The translations under genes and the position numbers were made by a program. The notes beneath the pieces were generated by a model that made no database searches, had not been told where the DNA came from, and worked only from the letters and a program-made list of their open reading frames with translations. Shown here piece by piece: positions 44,334 to 55,776 of a DNA stretch of 64,000 nucleotides (position 1 is the stretch's first letter; every line of letters begins with the position of its first letter). Source of the stretch: an uncultured virus (IMG/VR IMGVR_UViG_3300028392_000057) (taxonomy: Duplodnaviria > Heunggongvirae > Uroviricota > Caudoviricetes). Location: IMG/VR virus record IMGVR_UViG_3300028392_000057; one strand, given 5' to 3'.

Positions 44334-47300
44334 TTAGAATCGTCCTACCGCTACTTCAATGATACCCGATTCACCATTGAAGTTTTCTAGTGATTTACCA
44401 ATGATAGTACCCGCACGTGCTATATTATTAGCAGTAGCATGTCCATTAGTACTTGATACTAGTAAGTCACCTTTGTAAACAGGACCTTGTACTTTAACTG
44501 GCACACGACCTTGCAGAGCAATGTTAACAACATGTTCACCTTCACATGCACTATTCATAATATAAGCTGGATTTGTTGTTACAACCCCTGCTACACGTGT
44601 ACTGTCAAATAGATTAGCTAGTGTGACTTCTTTATCACCACCAAATATTAATACTGTACCGGGTGTGTACTCTGCGTCAGCAACATATTTTTCTGCCAAG
44701 TCAGCATAAGTTGCTTGTAGTCTTGATCCTGAACTTAATGTCCAGTTACCTGTTAAGTTACCTGCTGTACCAGAACCGCCGGTTGTGATGTTAGCATTTG
44801 TTATTTGACCACTTACACTTAATGAACTTAGTGTACCAACACTTGTAATGTTACCTTGTGCCGCAGTAGTTACTGTACCTGCTGTGGTTGCATTTGTGGC
44901 ACTAGATACAGTACCCGATACATTTGCACCTGCTACACTATTGGCTGTTGTTGCAAATGCGACTGCACCTGAAACATTACCACCTGCTACTGCATTGGCT
45001 GTTGTTGCAAATGCGACTGCACCTGAAACATTACCACCTGCTACTGCATTGGCTGTTGTTGCGAATGTAGCAAGACCCGCAGAAGCAACATTTAAGTTAG
45101 CAACTTGTGTAGTAGATGTAACAACAAACGGTGCTGTACCTGTAGCTAGTGTAGTTATGTATTGACCAGTAATATTTGATGTTGTACCAGTATGATTTGT
45201 AGCACTTATATTACCGGCAGTGATATTACCTGATACACTTAAACTTGTTAATGTACCAACTGATGTAATGTTACCTTGAGCCGCAGTTGTTACGGTACCG
45301 GCTGTTGTAGAACTTGTAGCACTAGACACTGTACCAGATACGTTAGCACCTGCTACACTATTAGCAGTTGTTGCAAATGCGACTGCACCTGAGACATTAC
45401 CACCTGCTACTGCATTGGCTGTAGTTGCGAATGCTACTGCGCCGGATACATTAGCGCCGGCTACACTGTTTGCTGATGCCGCTATAGTAGCACTAGACGC
45501 AAGACCTGTCAATGCACCGGTGAACGTGGTGGCAGTTACGTTACCAGCATTGATATTACCACTTACTGATAAACTAGTTAGTGTACCAACTGCTGTAATT
45601 TGTGTTTGACTTGCATTTGCACTAAAAACAGTACCAGTTAATGTTAGTCCTGTTCCTGCTGTGTAACTACCTGCGCCACTGAACTGTGCCCAAGTCATTG
45701 CGGTTACACCAATTGTACCGCCTGCATTTGAAGTACATACCCAACCAGTGTCTGCTTGTGTGGTTCCTGTTTCAACAAATACATATGCTCCTGGAACTTC
45801 TGTCCAGTTATCCATATCTGGTGTTCGTGTCCATGAACCTGCGGCACATAAATATAACCCGTTTTCTGCAGGAGCTGATTGATTTTTAACTAATACTCTA
45901 TTACCGGCTACAATAGATATACCATCAATAGTTTGTGCGCCGGTTAATGTAATATTAACTGTAGTTGCGGCTACAACGCTAGCCTTAGTATCAAGACCTT
46001 GTGCTACTGTATCTACATATGCTTTTGTTGCCGCATCAGTATCATTAACTGGTGTTGCGAGACTTATAATGTTAAAGCTATTTAAGTTAACATTGCCACC
46101 AAAACTACCTGTTCCAGTTGCAACTAATATTGCTGTACCAATATTGCCGATGTTGGCATTACCTGATGCAGTTATATTTTTTGTAGAGAGATAACCAAAA
46201 CCCGCATCTCCGCCAATTTCAGTAGCACCTGCACCTACTTTTAATACTTGATTTGGATTGTCCCATACCAAACTGGCAGTATCAGTGAGTTGTTTACTTG
46301 TACCTACATACGGGACACGGGTAGAAGTTAGATTGTTGACTATTAAATTGCCACCAGTAATATTACTGGTTGCACTTAGTGTACCTGATATATTTGCACC
46401 AGTACCAGTAATAGTCATTGTTGTATTACCAACTGCGGCAATAGTTACATTACCATTAGCAGTAGCTATATTTACATTACTATTACCATTTGATACCCCT
46501 GCTGAATTTAATCCAGTTAACTGACTACCGTTACCAATAAAGAAGCTAGCAGTAACATTACCTGTAGCACTTACAATACCACCTGTTATTAAATTAGCAC
46601 CTGTTACATTACCTGAGGAAGAAACACTTGTTAATGTACCAACTGATGTGATGTTAGGTTGAGCCGCAGTTGTAACGGTACCTGCTGTAGTAGCACTTGT
46701 AGCCGCACCTGATAATGCTCCAGTGAATGTTGTGGCTGCTACATTACCTGCATTTACGTTACCGGAAATATTAGCCGTTACTGCAAAAATTGTGCTATTT
46801 GCAATCAAGTTACTGGCTGCGATGTTACCAGCATCAGTGATAGTGGCTTTGTCGCCACCAGTAGTGAAGAAATTAATGTATCCTGCAGGACCAGCAGCCA
46901 TATAGACGCCTGTGCCACCATTTACAATAATAGATGCGTTTACGTTACCAGCAGTTACTAAGTTACCACCAGTGATGTTACCACTAGAACTTAAACTTGT
47001 TAATGTGCCTGTACTTGTAATGTTAGGTTGTGCATTAGTTGTTACTGTACCTGCTGTTACAGCATTTCCTGAAATATTACCAGTAATGTTACCAATAAAG
47101 TTTGGTGCTGTAACGTTACCACTAGCACTTAGTGTACCTGTAATGTTTGCCCCAGTACTAGTTACAACTAATACATTTGCGACACCAGCTACGCTTGTTG
47201 TTACATTGCCGCTTATACCAATGATATCAACATTACTTGTACCGTTAGCAATAGATGAAACGCTGATATCTCCTGCATTCAATGTACCGGTTACTGATAA

Positions 47301-47540
47301 ATTAGCAACAGTCATTGTGCCAGTAGTCTTATTAAAGACTAAGCTAGCATTGCCGTTAATACTACCGTTGTCATTGAAAAAGACCTGTGTATTTGAACCC
47401 TGAACAGTTGGGAAATATGTTACATCCCCACTTGGGTTTTTAACTGCCATCGTGCTGGTATCAGTAATAAATAGCGTACTTTTTCCGGCTGGTGGAGTTG
47501 ATATAGTATTTGCTGGTTCTTGTTTTAATATTAAACTCAT
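44334..47540 (-). CDS. Tail fibre protein with C-terminal intramolecular-chaperone-like domain
   Basis: AQPNITSVGTL repeats, DAATKAYVD, YADLAEKY...ALQGRVPVKV...GTIIGKSLE. Confidence 0.75.
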   Translation of the reverse strand: MSLILKQEPANTISTPPAGKSTLFITDTSTMAVKNPSGDVTYFPTVQGSNTQVFFNDNGSINGNASLVFNKTTGTMTVANLSVTGTLNAGDISVSSIANGTSNVDIIGISGNVTTSVAGVANVLVVTSTGANITGTLSASGNVTAPNFIGNITGNISGNAVTAGTVTTNAQPNITSTGTLTSLSSSGNITGGNLVTAGNVNASIIVNGGTGVYMAAGPAGYINFFTTGGDKATITDAGNIAASNLIANSTIFAVTANISGNVNAGNVAATTFTGALSGAATSATTAGTVTTAAQPNITSVGTLTSVSSSGNVTGANLITGGIVSATGNVTASFFIGNGSQLTGLNSAGVSNGNSNVNIATANGNVTIAAVGNTTMTITGTGANISGTLSATSNITGGNLIVNNLTSTRVPYVGTSKQLTDTASLVWDNPNQVLKVGAGATEIGGDAGFGYLSTKNITASGNANIGNIGTAILVATGTGSFGGNVNLNSFNIISLATPVNDTDAATKAYVDTVAQGLDTKASVVAATTVNITLTGAQTIDGISIVAGNRVLVKNQSAPAENGLYLCAAGSWTRTPDMDNWTEVPGAYVFVETGTTQADTGWVCTSNAGGTIGVTAMTWAQFSGAGSYTAGTGLTLTGTVFSANASQTQITAVGTLTSLSVSGNINAGNVTATTFTGALTGLASSATIAASANSVAGANVSGAVAFATTANAVAGGNVSGAVAFATTANSVAGANVSGTVSSATSSTTAGTVTTAAQGNITSVGTLTSLSVSGNITAGNISATNHTGTTSNITGQYITTLATGTAPFVVTSTTQVANLNVASAGLATFATTANAVAGGNVSGAVAFATTANAVAGGNVSGAVAFATTANSVAGANVSGTVSSATNATTAGTVTTAAQGNITSVGTLSSLSVSGQITNANITTGGSGTAGNLTGNWTLSSGSRLQATYADLAEKYVADAEYTPGTVLIFGGDKEVTLANLFDSTRVAGVVTTNPAYIMNSACEGEHVVNIALQGRVPVKVQGPVYKGDLLVSSTNGHATANNIARAGTIIGKSLENFNGESGIIEVAVGRF

Positions 47541-47691
47541 TTTTCTTCCTGGTGTTTCAAGTAGTTTTCTACCACATATTACTATTATTTATCATTTTTT
47601 TAATCTTATTGTGTTTAGGATTATTAAAATAACAGGAAAATTTGAGTGTTACGATGACATTTTTGCCCCGATATAGCACAAAATAATTGGA

Positions 47692-47808
47692 CTATCTAGT
47701 CCAATTATTAACTTTAACTTCGAAAGGATACGTAGCACCGGTACCACCTGTTATTAATACTCCTTGACTGGGACCAGCTGTTATGGTTATTCCTGTTAGT
47801 GTTGTCAT
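47692..47808 (-). CDS. Short ORF, 38 aa, possibly a truncated virion gene
   Basis: MTTLTGITITAGPSQGVLITGG...; ends inside a 13-bp hairpin. Confidence 0.35.
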   Translation of the reverse strand: MTTLTGITITAGPSQGVLITGGTGATYPFEVKVNNWTR

Positions 47809-47816
47809 AATCGTTT

Positions 47817-48263
47817 TTAAGGTTGTGTAGGCCAAATGATTTCCCAAGGAAATCCTGATTGTGATGGTACATCACGTAACGATTGACGATATATAGCCCA
47901 TGCAGTTTTATCTGCGGTGCTGTCAGCTAATTGTGTCCAATCACAATCTTTTAACAATTGATTACGATTATCACGTACAGATTTAGATTGGCTAGCATCT
48001 AAAGCATCTTTTGCTTCTTGTCCCATATCAGCAACACTGTATTTTGTGAACCATTGACCATTGATCTCTTGAACACCATCAGCAAATGCTATTTGATAGC
48101 GTGTTGGTTGTGCTTGTGGTCCTTCTAAAACTACATCGGCATCCAAACTTTCTATAATCTGTGTTGTTGTTAACTCCCAAGTAGGGCCGTTGTTGTCTCT
48201 TATATATGTACGAAATTCATTTTCGTACATTACTGTTCCTGTTTCTCTAATTCGTATTTGCAT
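47817..48263 (-). CDS. Tail fibre assembly chaperone-like protein
   Basis: VRDNRNQLLKDCDWTQL...YRQSLRDVPSQSGFPWEIIWP. Confidence 0.85.
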   Translation of the reverse strand: MQIRIRETGTVMYENEFRTYIRDNNGPTWELTTTQIIESLDADVVLEGPQAQPTRYQIAFADGVQEINGQWFTKYSVADMGQEAKDALDASQSKSVRDNRNQLLKDCDWTQLADSTADKTAWAIYRQSLRDVPSQSGFPWEIIWPTQP

Positions 48264-48272
48264 GATTTTCCT

Positions 48273-50270
48273 TTAAGCAATTGCTAAGAAGATATAAGTA
48301 CCGCCGGAAGCATTAATACCGGCTGCTGTGCTGACAATTTGAAAGCCACCTGTTGCGGTGTAGATGCTGTTTGCGTTAACTTCAGCGGCTGTGCTGTTCA
48401 AAAGCAATGATGGGTCAGTACCAGAAACCATACCACGAGCTGTGTCCCAGACATACCAATCACCGGTTGAGTCAGTGCGCTTTACTAAAACAAATCTGGC
48501 ACCGCCTGCAAACCCGCAAGAGATGGTTTGTGTTGCTCCTGTGCCTGTATATCTTCCTACTTTGGATACCCCAGCGCAGGTTGCAAAAAGATAGGTGACG
48601 TATGTAGACCCATTGGCATTCATGCCATTACCAATGGTGCTGTTAACCGTGATGGTTGTAGAGCTTAAATTTAACGTATCTCCGCCTGCGGCACTATTGG
48701 TGTTAAGTTGCAAAAATCCAGTCATAGAAGTAGTGCTTCCTTGGAACACCGTCCACCCAATATTGGCACTTCGGACTTTGGTAATAACCAATTCTGGTAC
48801 TACACCAAGGTTATGGCTAACAGCCTGAGTACCCGGGCCGTTTCCTGTATAGCAAACCTCATCAAAGAAGCTGGGGGCGCGTTGAAAGTTCCAACTTATG
48901 TACGGTACGCCGTTGTAATATTGTGGCTTTAAAAATCCCGTGCTATTCCAAAAGTTTGTCATTGTACTATTTGGAGAATCTTCAGCGGTAGTTGCAGATG
49001 TAACCAACTGTTTTGTTGATTGGGTTGCAGTTGTACTAACCCCACGCAAACGGTCGTTAACAGAAGAGTTAAAACCATCTCCGGGCGGATACGCCTGCAT
49101 CTGCATATCAACTGGGAAGTTAGTTGTAATTGCGGTGCCCGTTGCACCTGAAGCATTGTATTGAGGACTAAACACACTCGTACCCACTGTAGGCACTTTC
49201 ATTGGGCCACGGCGTATGGCTATGTAGATGAATGTTTCTGTAGTGTTGGTTAAATTTGAACTCGGTACATTTAATGTAAAACCTGTTGCAGTTGGAGAAA
49301 CAAAAGCGCCATTTGCTGTAGCTGGATTTTCTGCATCGGAAGTGTTTGCTAATAGTGTATTGTCGTTTCCAGAAACCGGCATACCACGCATATTGTCAAA
49401 AATAGCCCATCCTGTGTAAGCACTTGTAGCACCTGTGGCTCTTTTAATCATTATCCATTGGGGTTCATACCCAAGGGTAACAGTTGTAGCTGTTGAATCG
49501 CTACCCGTATAAGACCCACACGAAATCACATTGTCTGAACCAGTCAGACCAAAGCCTCCTGCGTTGTCGGCAAATAGGTAAGCGACGTAAGTACCGCCAG
49601 AAGCATTGACAGTTGAATTAGTACCTACGCTAAAGACTGAGCTTGTTGGGGTTGTGCTGTTCCACCATGTTGCGCCCGTTGCTTTGGCGGCTGTAGTATT
49701 TAAAACAAGATATTCTGTATTGGCTAAACTACTGTGGTACACAGCCCAATCTGCTGTTGTATCTGTGCGTTTTACCATAATACAACCGGGGACAGCTCCA
49801 AGACTGTGGGCAATAGTTGTATTTGCGCCCGTGCCGGTATATGTCACAACATCAAAGAACTTTGGTTGCTTGCGGAATGTCCATGAAACCATAGGGCCTG
49901 TAGTTCCGCTATTTATATTTCCATAGTTATCAAAAACCGAACCGCTAAAAGTAAATCCATTAGTGTTTAATGTAATAGAACCCGCCCCACCACCATTAAC
50001 TCTAAGAGCATCTTGAGCAACAGTTCGGTCTGAATAAATAGCGTTATTCCCACGCGCACTATCAACCCATGAATGAGATTGAGTACCATCCGTTCTTGTT
50101 TTAAACCACATCAAACCACCATTTGCAGATAAATTGATGCCGTTAGTAATTGTTTGTGTAGAGTCGTTAGTTTGGTAAAGATATGTGCTAAACACATCTT
50201 CAATATAGTTGGCAGTACCTCCAGCGGATGAACTACCGTACATATATCCGCCAACTGCGGCATTAAACAT
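48273..50270 (-). CDS. Tail-fibre-associated beta-repeat protein (putative receptor binding)
   Basis: Repeated YTGTG...TIAHSLG/ISCG...IKR/VKR modules; ends YIFLAIA. Confidence 0.7.
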   Translation of the reverse strand: MFNAAVGGYMYGSSSAGGTANYIEDVFSTYLYQTNDSTQTITNGINLSANGGLMWFKTRTDGTQSHSWVDSARGNNAIYSDRTVAQDALRVNGGGAGSITLNTNGFTFSGSVFDNYGNINSGTTGPMVSWTFRKQPKFFDVVTYTGTGANTTIAHSLGAVPGCIMVKRTDTTADWAVYHSSLANTEYLVLNTTAAKATGATWWNSTTPTSSVFSVGTNSTVNASGGTYVAYLFADNAGGFGLTGSDNVISCGSYTGSDSTATTVTLGYEPQWIMIKRATGATSAYTGWAIFDNMRGMPVSGNDNTLLANTSDAENPATANGAFVSPTATGFTLNVPSSNLTNTTETFIYIAIRRGPMKVPTVGTSVFSPQYNASGATGTAITTNFPVDMQMQAYPPGDGFNSSVNDRLRGVSTTATQSTKQLVTSATTAEDSPNSTMTNFWNSTGFLKPQYYNGVPYISWNFQRAPSFFDEVCYTGNGPGTQAVSHNLGVVPELVITKVRSANIGWTVFQGSTTSMTGFLQLNTNSAAGGDTLNLSSTTITVNSTIGNGMNANGSTYVTYLFATCAGVSKVGRYTGTGATQTISCGFAGGARFVLVKRTDSTGDWYVWDTARGMVSGTDPSLLLNSTAAEVNANSIYTATGGFQIVSTAAGINASGGTYIFLAIA

Positions 50271-53200
50271 TATGCGTATCCTTTAGTCAATGTGGCATAG
50301 TAAGTAGCACCATCATAGAACACAGTAATAATATCAATACTAGATGCCGCAGTACTTAAAGTTTTACTATTACCAGCAAACTTCATAGTACTTGTTAACA
50401 ATCTACTTCCAGTAGCATCTTGTGTAATAATTACCACTGCTGAACTACCTGCAACTGCATTAGTTAATGTGCTAAAAGTAAAATTACTATTAGCTGTATA
50501 GTTAAAAATAGTACCTGCAGCTACGTTAGGACTAATACTTGTACTTGTGTTACCGCCTGCAACTACTGTTTCTTTGTATGCAGTAAAGTTAACATTAGGT
50601 GCGGCAATTGAATTTCCAAACAATATATTGTTGTTTGCAGAATAGCCAGTCATTGCTATGCCACTTACTACACCCGTTGCATTTTGACTGAATAACCTAT
50701 AGTTGTTTGAACCATCAACATCTAAATTCCAAGTACTATTTGCTTGACCGGTAATATTATTAATACCAACATAACCTAATACTATTTGACCACCTTCGCC
50801 ACCACTAGATCCAACAATTAAATTATCTACACCTGTTATTCTACCAGCAGAATTTAAATTACCAATGTTAGCATTACCTGATACAGAAACACTGGTTAAC
50901 GTACCAATACTTGTTATATTTGGTTGAGCACCTGTTGTTAATACAGCAGTTGTATAACTTGCTGTTAATAAGTTTCCTGCATTTATGTTACCAACGGTAG
51001 CATTACCAGATACACTTAATGTACCTGCTACATTAGCACCAGTACCAGTTATTGTTAGTGTTGTGTTGCCTGCAGACGCAATAGTTACATTGCCGTTTGC
51101 AGTTGCAATATTTACATTACTATTACCATTTGATACACCTGCTGTGCTTAATCCAGTTAACTGACTACCATTACCAATATAGAAGTTAGCAGTAATATTA
51201 CCACTTGCACTGAATGTATTAGCAGAAATTACATTACCACCGGTCATGTTACCACCACTTCCACTTGATATAATATTACCAATAGTAGCATTACCTGATA
51301 CGCTTACAGTATTAGCAGAGATTACATTAGCACCAGTGATATTGCCACCGGTTCCATTTGATGTAAGATTAGCGAACGCGGCATTACCTGATACGCTTAG
51401 TGTACCATTAACATTAGCGCCAGTACCAGTAACTACCAATACGTTAGCAACACCTACTGCACTAATATTAACATTGCCGTTACTTGATGGAATATTTACA
51501 TTACTGTTACCATTAGCATATGAACCTATTAAATTACCAAATGTTCCGTTTCCTGATACACTTAAGCTTGCTAATGTACCCACTGATGTGATATTTGGCT
51601 GAGCACCTGTAGTTAATACAGCAGTTGTATAACTTGCTGTTAATAAGTTTCCTGCATTTATGTTACCAAATGTTCCGTTTCCTGATACGCTTAATGTACC
51701 TGCTATATTAGCACCAGTACCAGTGATAGTCATTGTTGTGTTACCCACAGCAGTAACAGTTACATTTCCGTTCGCTGTAGCTATATTTACATTACTGTTA
51801 CCATTAGCTAGTGGGCCTATTAAATTACCAACTGTTGCATTACCTGATACGCTTAATGTACCTGCTATATTTGCACCAGTTGTAGTAAATACTGCCCTTG
51901 CTGTTGCATTACCTGCAACAAACATTGTTATATTTGCATTAGACGTAATAGAAATATTACTATTACCACTAGCATATGGTCCTATTAAATTACCAACTGT
52001 TGCATTACCTGATACACTTAATGTACTTAATGTGCCTAAGCTTGTAACGTTGGGTTGAGCCGCAGTAGTTAATGTACCAGTGAAATAGTTAGCAGAAATT
52101 ACGTTAGCGTTACTAATGTTACCACCAGAGCCACCTGCAGTAATCAAGTTACCAACAGTAGCATTACCTGTAACTGTTAGTATACCACCTGTTACTAAGT
52201 TAGCACCAGTGATATTACCTGTAGCAGTGATTAATGTTGTACCAATGTTACCAATGTTTGCGTTGCCAGAGATTGATAAACTTGTTAGTGTACCAACTGC
52301 TGTTAAACTTGAAGTAACAACTGTTGCACCTAATGTAGTACCAACAATGTTAGCTGCCTGAACACTTGAGATACCGTTAGCATTACCAGTAATAACACCT
52401 GTATTAGCTGTCAATGCAACTGCTGTAATAGTACCGTTAACACCCAATGATGTTAGTGTACCAACACTCGTAATATTAGGTTGAGCCGCAGTTGTTACTG
52501 TACCTGCTGTTGTAGCACTAGTTGCCGCACCACTTAGTGCACCAACAAATGTTGTCGCTGTAATAGCTCCGTTACTTACATTAGCTACAAACACAGAGTT
52601 TGCATAGTTTTGTAAGTTACCACTAGTAGCAGTCCACATACCTAAATAATAATTACCAGTAGTAGATGCTGTAACAACATCATAGTCACTTACGTTAGCA
52701 CGTGCTACATATAAGTTGGGGACTACTGTCGTACTTGTTACAGTGAATGGAGCTGTACCAGTTGCTATGTTAGAAACAAGTATGTTGGCACTTATTACGT
52801 TAGCACCAGAAATGTTACCACCTGTACCACTTGATACAATATTACCTATTGTAGCGTTGCCTGATACACTTAATGTACCGGCTATGTTTGAGCCTGTACC
52901 AGTAACTACTAATACGTTTGCTATGCCTGCAGATGAAAGGTTAACGTTACCATTAGCACTTGGGATATTAACATTACTGTTACCATTTGATACACCTGCT
53001 GTACTTAATCCAGTTAATGCTGAACCATTACCAATAAAGAAGTTTGCTGTAACATTACCGGTAGCAGATACTATGCCACCTGTAATAATATTACCTGCAT
53101 TCAAGTTACCGGTAGCAGTGATTAGTCCACCTGTACCAATGTTGCCAATGTTTGCATTACCAGAAACAGAAACACTAGTTAAAGTACCGGTACTTGTAAT

Positions 53201-55639
53201 GTTTGGTTGAGCCGCAGTAGTTAATGAACCGGCTACTGTTGTAAATACGCCTGCGGCTGCTCCTATATTACCAACGTTAGCATTACCAGTAACAGATAGA
53301 ACACCACCTGTTACTAAGTTACCACCTTGAATATTACCAGTAGCTGTAATTAAACCAGCTGTACCAATGTTGCCAATGTTTGCATTGCCAGAAATTGATA
53401 ATGATGTTATAGTTCCAAGAGAAGTAATGTTAGGTTGTGCTGCCGTTACCAATGAACCTGCAACAGTTGTAAACACACCTGCTGCCGCACCAATATTACC
53501 TACGTTAGCATTACCAGTAGCAGTAATAATACCAGTACCAATATTGCCAATGTTTGCGTTGCCAGAGATTGATAGACTTGTTAGTGTACCAACTGCTGTG
53601 ATTTGTGTTTGACTTGCATTTGCGCTGATGGTAGTACCAGTGATAGCAATACCTGTACCAGCATCATATACTTGACTTGTACTGAATGTACTGAATGTAA
53701 TTAATGATGTGCCAAATGTAATAGTTCCTGTTGGGGCACTTACAATGAATGCTACACCCTCATTGACTACACCGCCGGTTGTAAAGAAGTAATCATTAAC
53801 ACTTAACTGTGTTGTACTATCTGGACCGTATTCATCTGTGTCAGTAGAGCGAACAATCGTTGTTGTATTTGCGTATGTATAAACCCCGTTCCATGCCGCG
53901 TTAGCTTCGTTCTTAACAAGAATACGTGTTCCAACTGTTTGAACGTTTGCACTATCAATATTTAAATATGTACCTGTAGTAACTAAGTTTGCACCAACAC
54001 CAGCAGTACCGTTGTTATAAGTTACTGTACCACCTGTAGCAATTGCTAATGTTGTTGTTGTAGCGACATTGACTGGTGCGTGATAACTGATACCACTTGA
54101 TATCATTGTATCAACATATAACTTAGATGCGGCATCTGTATTAGCAACTGCATAACCAATGTTTCCTACCCACTTGCCGTTCATATTGATATTACCACTG
54201 AATGCACTATCACCTGTACCAGTTGAACTTACGATACCACCTGTAGTTAAGTTACCACCAGTAACATTACCGGTTACACTTACTGTTGTACCAGTGTGAT
54301 TAGTTGCAGATACATTACCAAATGTACCGTTACCAGTAGCACTTACAACACCACCAGTAATAATGTTACCTGCATTTAAGTTACCGGTTGCTGTTATTAA
54401 TCCAGCTGTACCAATGTTACCAATGTTTGCATTGCCAGATACACTTAAACTACTTAATGTACCAGTACTTGTGATATTTGGCTGAGCACCTGTTGTTATT
54501 ACCGCAGTTGAATAGTTTGCTGTCAGTAAGTTACCTGCATTAACATTACCAAATACACCGTTACCGGTAACACTTAAACTTGCTAGTGTCCCAACTGATG
54601 TGATGTTTGGCTGTGCGGCTGTTGTTAATGTACCTGTAAATAGATTAGCAGAGATTACATTAGCACCTGTTATATTTCCACCAGTACCACTTAATATGAT
54701 ATTACCAATTGTTGCATTACCAGAAACACTTAATGTCCCTGATACATTAGCCCCAGTACCAGTAATAGTCATCGTTGTATTACTAGCACTAGTAATAGTT
54801 ACATTGCCATTGGCTGTTGCTATATTAACGTTACTATTACCGTTCGATACACCGGCTGAGCTAACTGATATAAATGACAACCCACCAGATCCATTTGTAC
54901 TTAATACTTGTCCACTTGAACCACCAGTAATAGTTACATTTCCAACTGCACCTAAATTACTTGTACCAGATACACTTAAACTACTTAATGTACCAGTACT
55001 TGTGATGTTTGGCTGAGGTCCTGTTGTTAATGTACCTGTAAATAGATTAGCAGAGATTACATTAGCACCAGTGATGTTACCACCACTTGATATGATATTA
55101 CCTAATCTAGCATTACCTGTTATACTTAATGTTTGTCCAGATATGTCACTGTTTCCTGTATTACCTGCAAATACTGTTTGTCCACCGCCTGGGTTTGTCA
55201 ATACAATAGTAGTAGCATTAGAACTAATAGTAGCATTACCTAAATAAATTGTATTGCCTGTTAGAAATAAATTGCTCCATTGATTAGTTGCGTTACCTAA
55301 ACTTTGAACGCCGTTTCCAACTGGAATTAAATTGCTATTAACTACACCAGAGACAGACAGATTACCTATATTAGCATTACCAGATACACTTAAACTAGTT
55401 AATGTACCTGTACTTGTGATATTTGGTTGTGCGTTTGTTGTTACAGTTGCGGCTGTTGTCGCACTTGATACTGCTCCAGTAACATTAGCACCTTGAATGT
55501 TACTTAGATTGTTACCTGAGCCAATAAAGAAGTTAGCTGTAGCCGCGTTGCCTAAATTAGCATTGGTTGCGGTAACGTTGGCAAAGGTATAATTAGCAGT
55601 TGTATCTAAGTTGAACGGTTGTAATTTTGTAATTGCCAT
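50270..55639 (-). CDS. Long tail fibre-like repeat protein (1789 aa)
   Basis: Many AQPNITSxGTLxSLSVSGNA and SNGNSNVNIATANGNV repeats. Confidence 0.75.
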   Translation of the reverse strand: MAITKLQPFNLDTTANYTFANVTATNANLGNAATANFFIGSGNNLSNIQGANVTGAVSSATTAATVTTNAQPNITSTGTLTSLSVSGNANIGNLSVSGVVNSNLIPVGNGVQSLGNATNQWSNLFLTGNTIYLGNATISSNATTIVLTNPGGGQTVFAGNTGNSDISGQTLSITGNARLGNIISSGGNITGANVISANLFTGTLTTGPQPNITSTGTLSSLSVSGTSNLGAVGNVTITGGSSGQVLSTNGSGGLSFISVSSAGVSNGNSNVNIATANGNVTITSASNTTMTITGTGANVSGTLSVSGNATIGNIILSGTGGNITGANVISANLFTGTLTTAAQPNITSVGTLASLSVTGNGVFGNVNAGNLLTANYSTAVITTGAQPNITSTGTLSSLSVSGNANIGNIGTAGLITATGNLNAGNIITGGVVSATGNGTFGNVSATNHTGTTVSVTGNVTGGNLTTGGIVSSTGTGDSAFSGNINMNGKWVGNIGYAVANTDAASKLYVDTMISSGISYHAPVNVATTTTLAIATGGTVTYNNGTAGVGANLVTTGTYLNIDSANVQTVGTRILVKNEANAAWNGVYTYANTTTIVRSTDTDEYGPDSTTQLSVNDYFFTTGGVVNEGVAFIVSAPTGTITFGTSLITFSTFSTSQVYDAGTGIAITGTTISANASQTQITAVGTLTSLSISGNANIGNIGTGIITATGNANVGNIGAAAGVFTTVAGSLVTAAQPNITSLGTITSLSISGNANIGNIGTAGLITATGNIQGGNLVTGGVLSVTGNANVGNIGAAAGVFTTVAGSLTTAAQPNITSTGTLTSVSVSGNANIGNIGTGGLITATGNLNAGNIITGGIVSATGNVTANFFIGNGSALTGLSTAGVSNGNSNVNIPSANGNVNLSSAGIANVLVVTGTGSNIAGTLSVSGNATIGNIVSSGTGGNISGANVISANILVSNIATGTAPFTVTSTTVVPNLYVARANVSDYDVVTASTTGNYYLGMWTATSGNLQNYANSVFVANVSNGAITATTFVGALSGAATSATTAGTVTTAAQPNITSVGTLTSLGVNGTITAVALTANTGVITGNANGISSVQAANIVGTTLGATVVTSSLTAVGTLTSLSISGNANIGNIGTTLITATGNITGANLVTGGILTVTGNATVGNLITAGGSGGNISNANVISANYFTGTLTTAAQPNVTSLGTLSTLSVSGNATVGNLIGPYASGNSNISITSNANITMFVAGNATARAVFTTTGANIAGTLSVSGNATVGNLIGPLANGNSNVNIATANGNVTVTAVGNTTMTITGTGANIAGTLSVSGNGTFGNINAGNLLTASYTTAVLTTGAQPNITSVGTLASLSVSGNGTFGNLIGSYANGNSNVNIPSSNGNVNISAVGVANVLVVTGTGANVNGTLSVSGNAAFANLTSNGTGGNITGANVISANTVSVSGNATIGNIISSGSGGNMTGGNVISANTFSASGNITANFYIGNGSQLTGLSTAGVSNGNSNVNIATANGNVTIASAGNTTLTITGTGANVAGTLSVSGNATVGNINAGNLLTASYTTAVLTTGAQPNITSIGTLTSVSVSGNANIGNLNSAGRITGVDNLIVGSSGGEGGQIVLGYVGINNITGQANSTWNLDVDGSNNYRLFSQNATGVVSGIAMTGYSANNNILFGNSIAAPNVNFTAYKETVVAGGNTSTSISPNVAAGTIFNYTANSNFTFSTLTNAVAGSSAVVIITQDATGSRLLTSTMKFAGNSKTLSTAASSIDIITVFYDGATYYATLTKGYA

Positions 55640-55687
55640 GTAGTAATTCTCTTATTGTTTATCTATGTATTTAATCCAATTTATCTC

Positions 55688-55768
55688 TTAGACAGTGACT
55701 GTACCTGTGCCAGCAGATTTAGCTTGCATTTGTTGTGGGCGTGTCCAAATTCCTAAATAACTAGGCAT
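55688..55768 (-). pseudogene. Collapsed remnant of a glycine-rich virion gene (26 aa)
   Basis: MPSYLGIWTRPQQMQAKSAG-TGTVTV joins family N- and C-terminal motifs; AGGA RBS. Confidence 0.6.
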
Positions 55769-55776
55769 TGTTTATC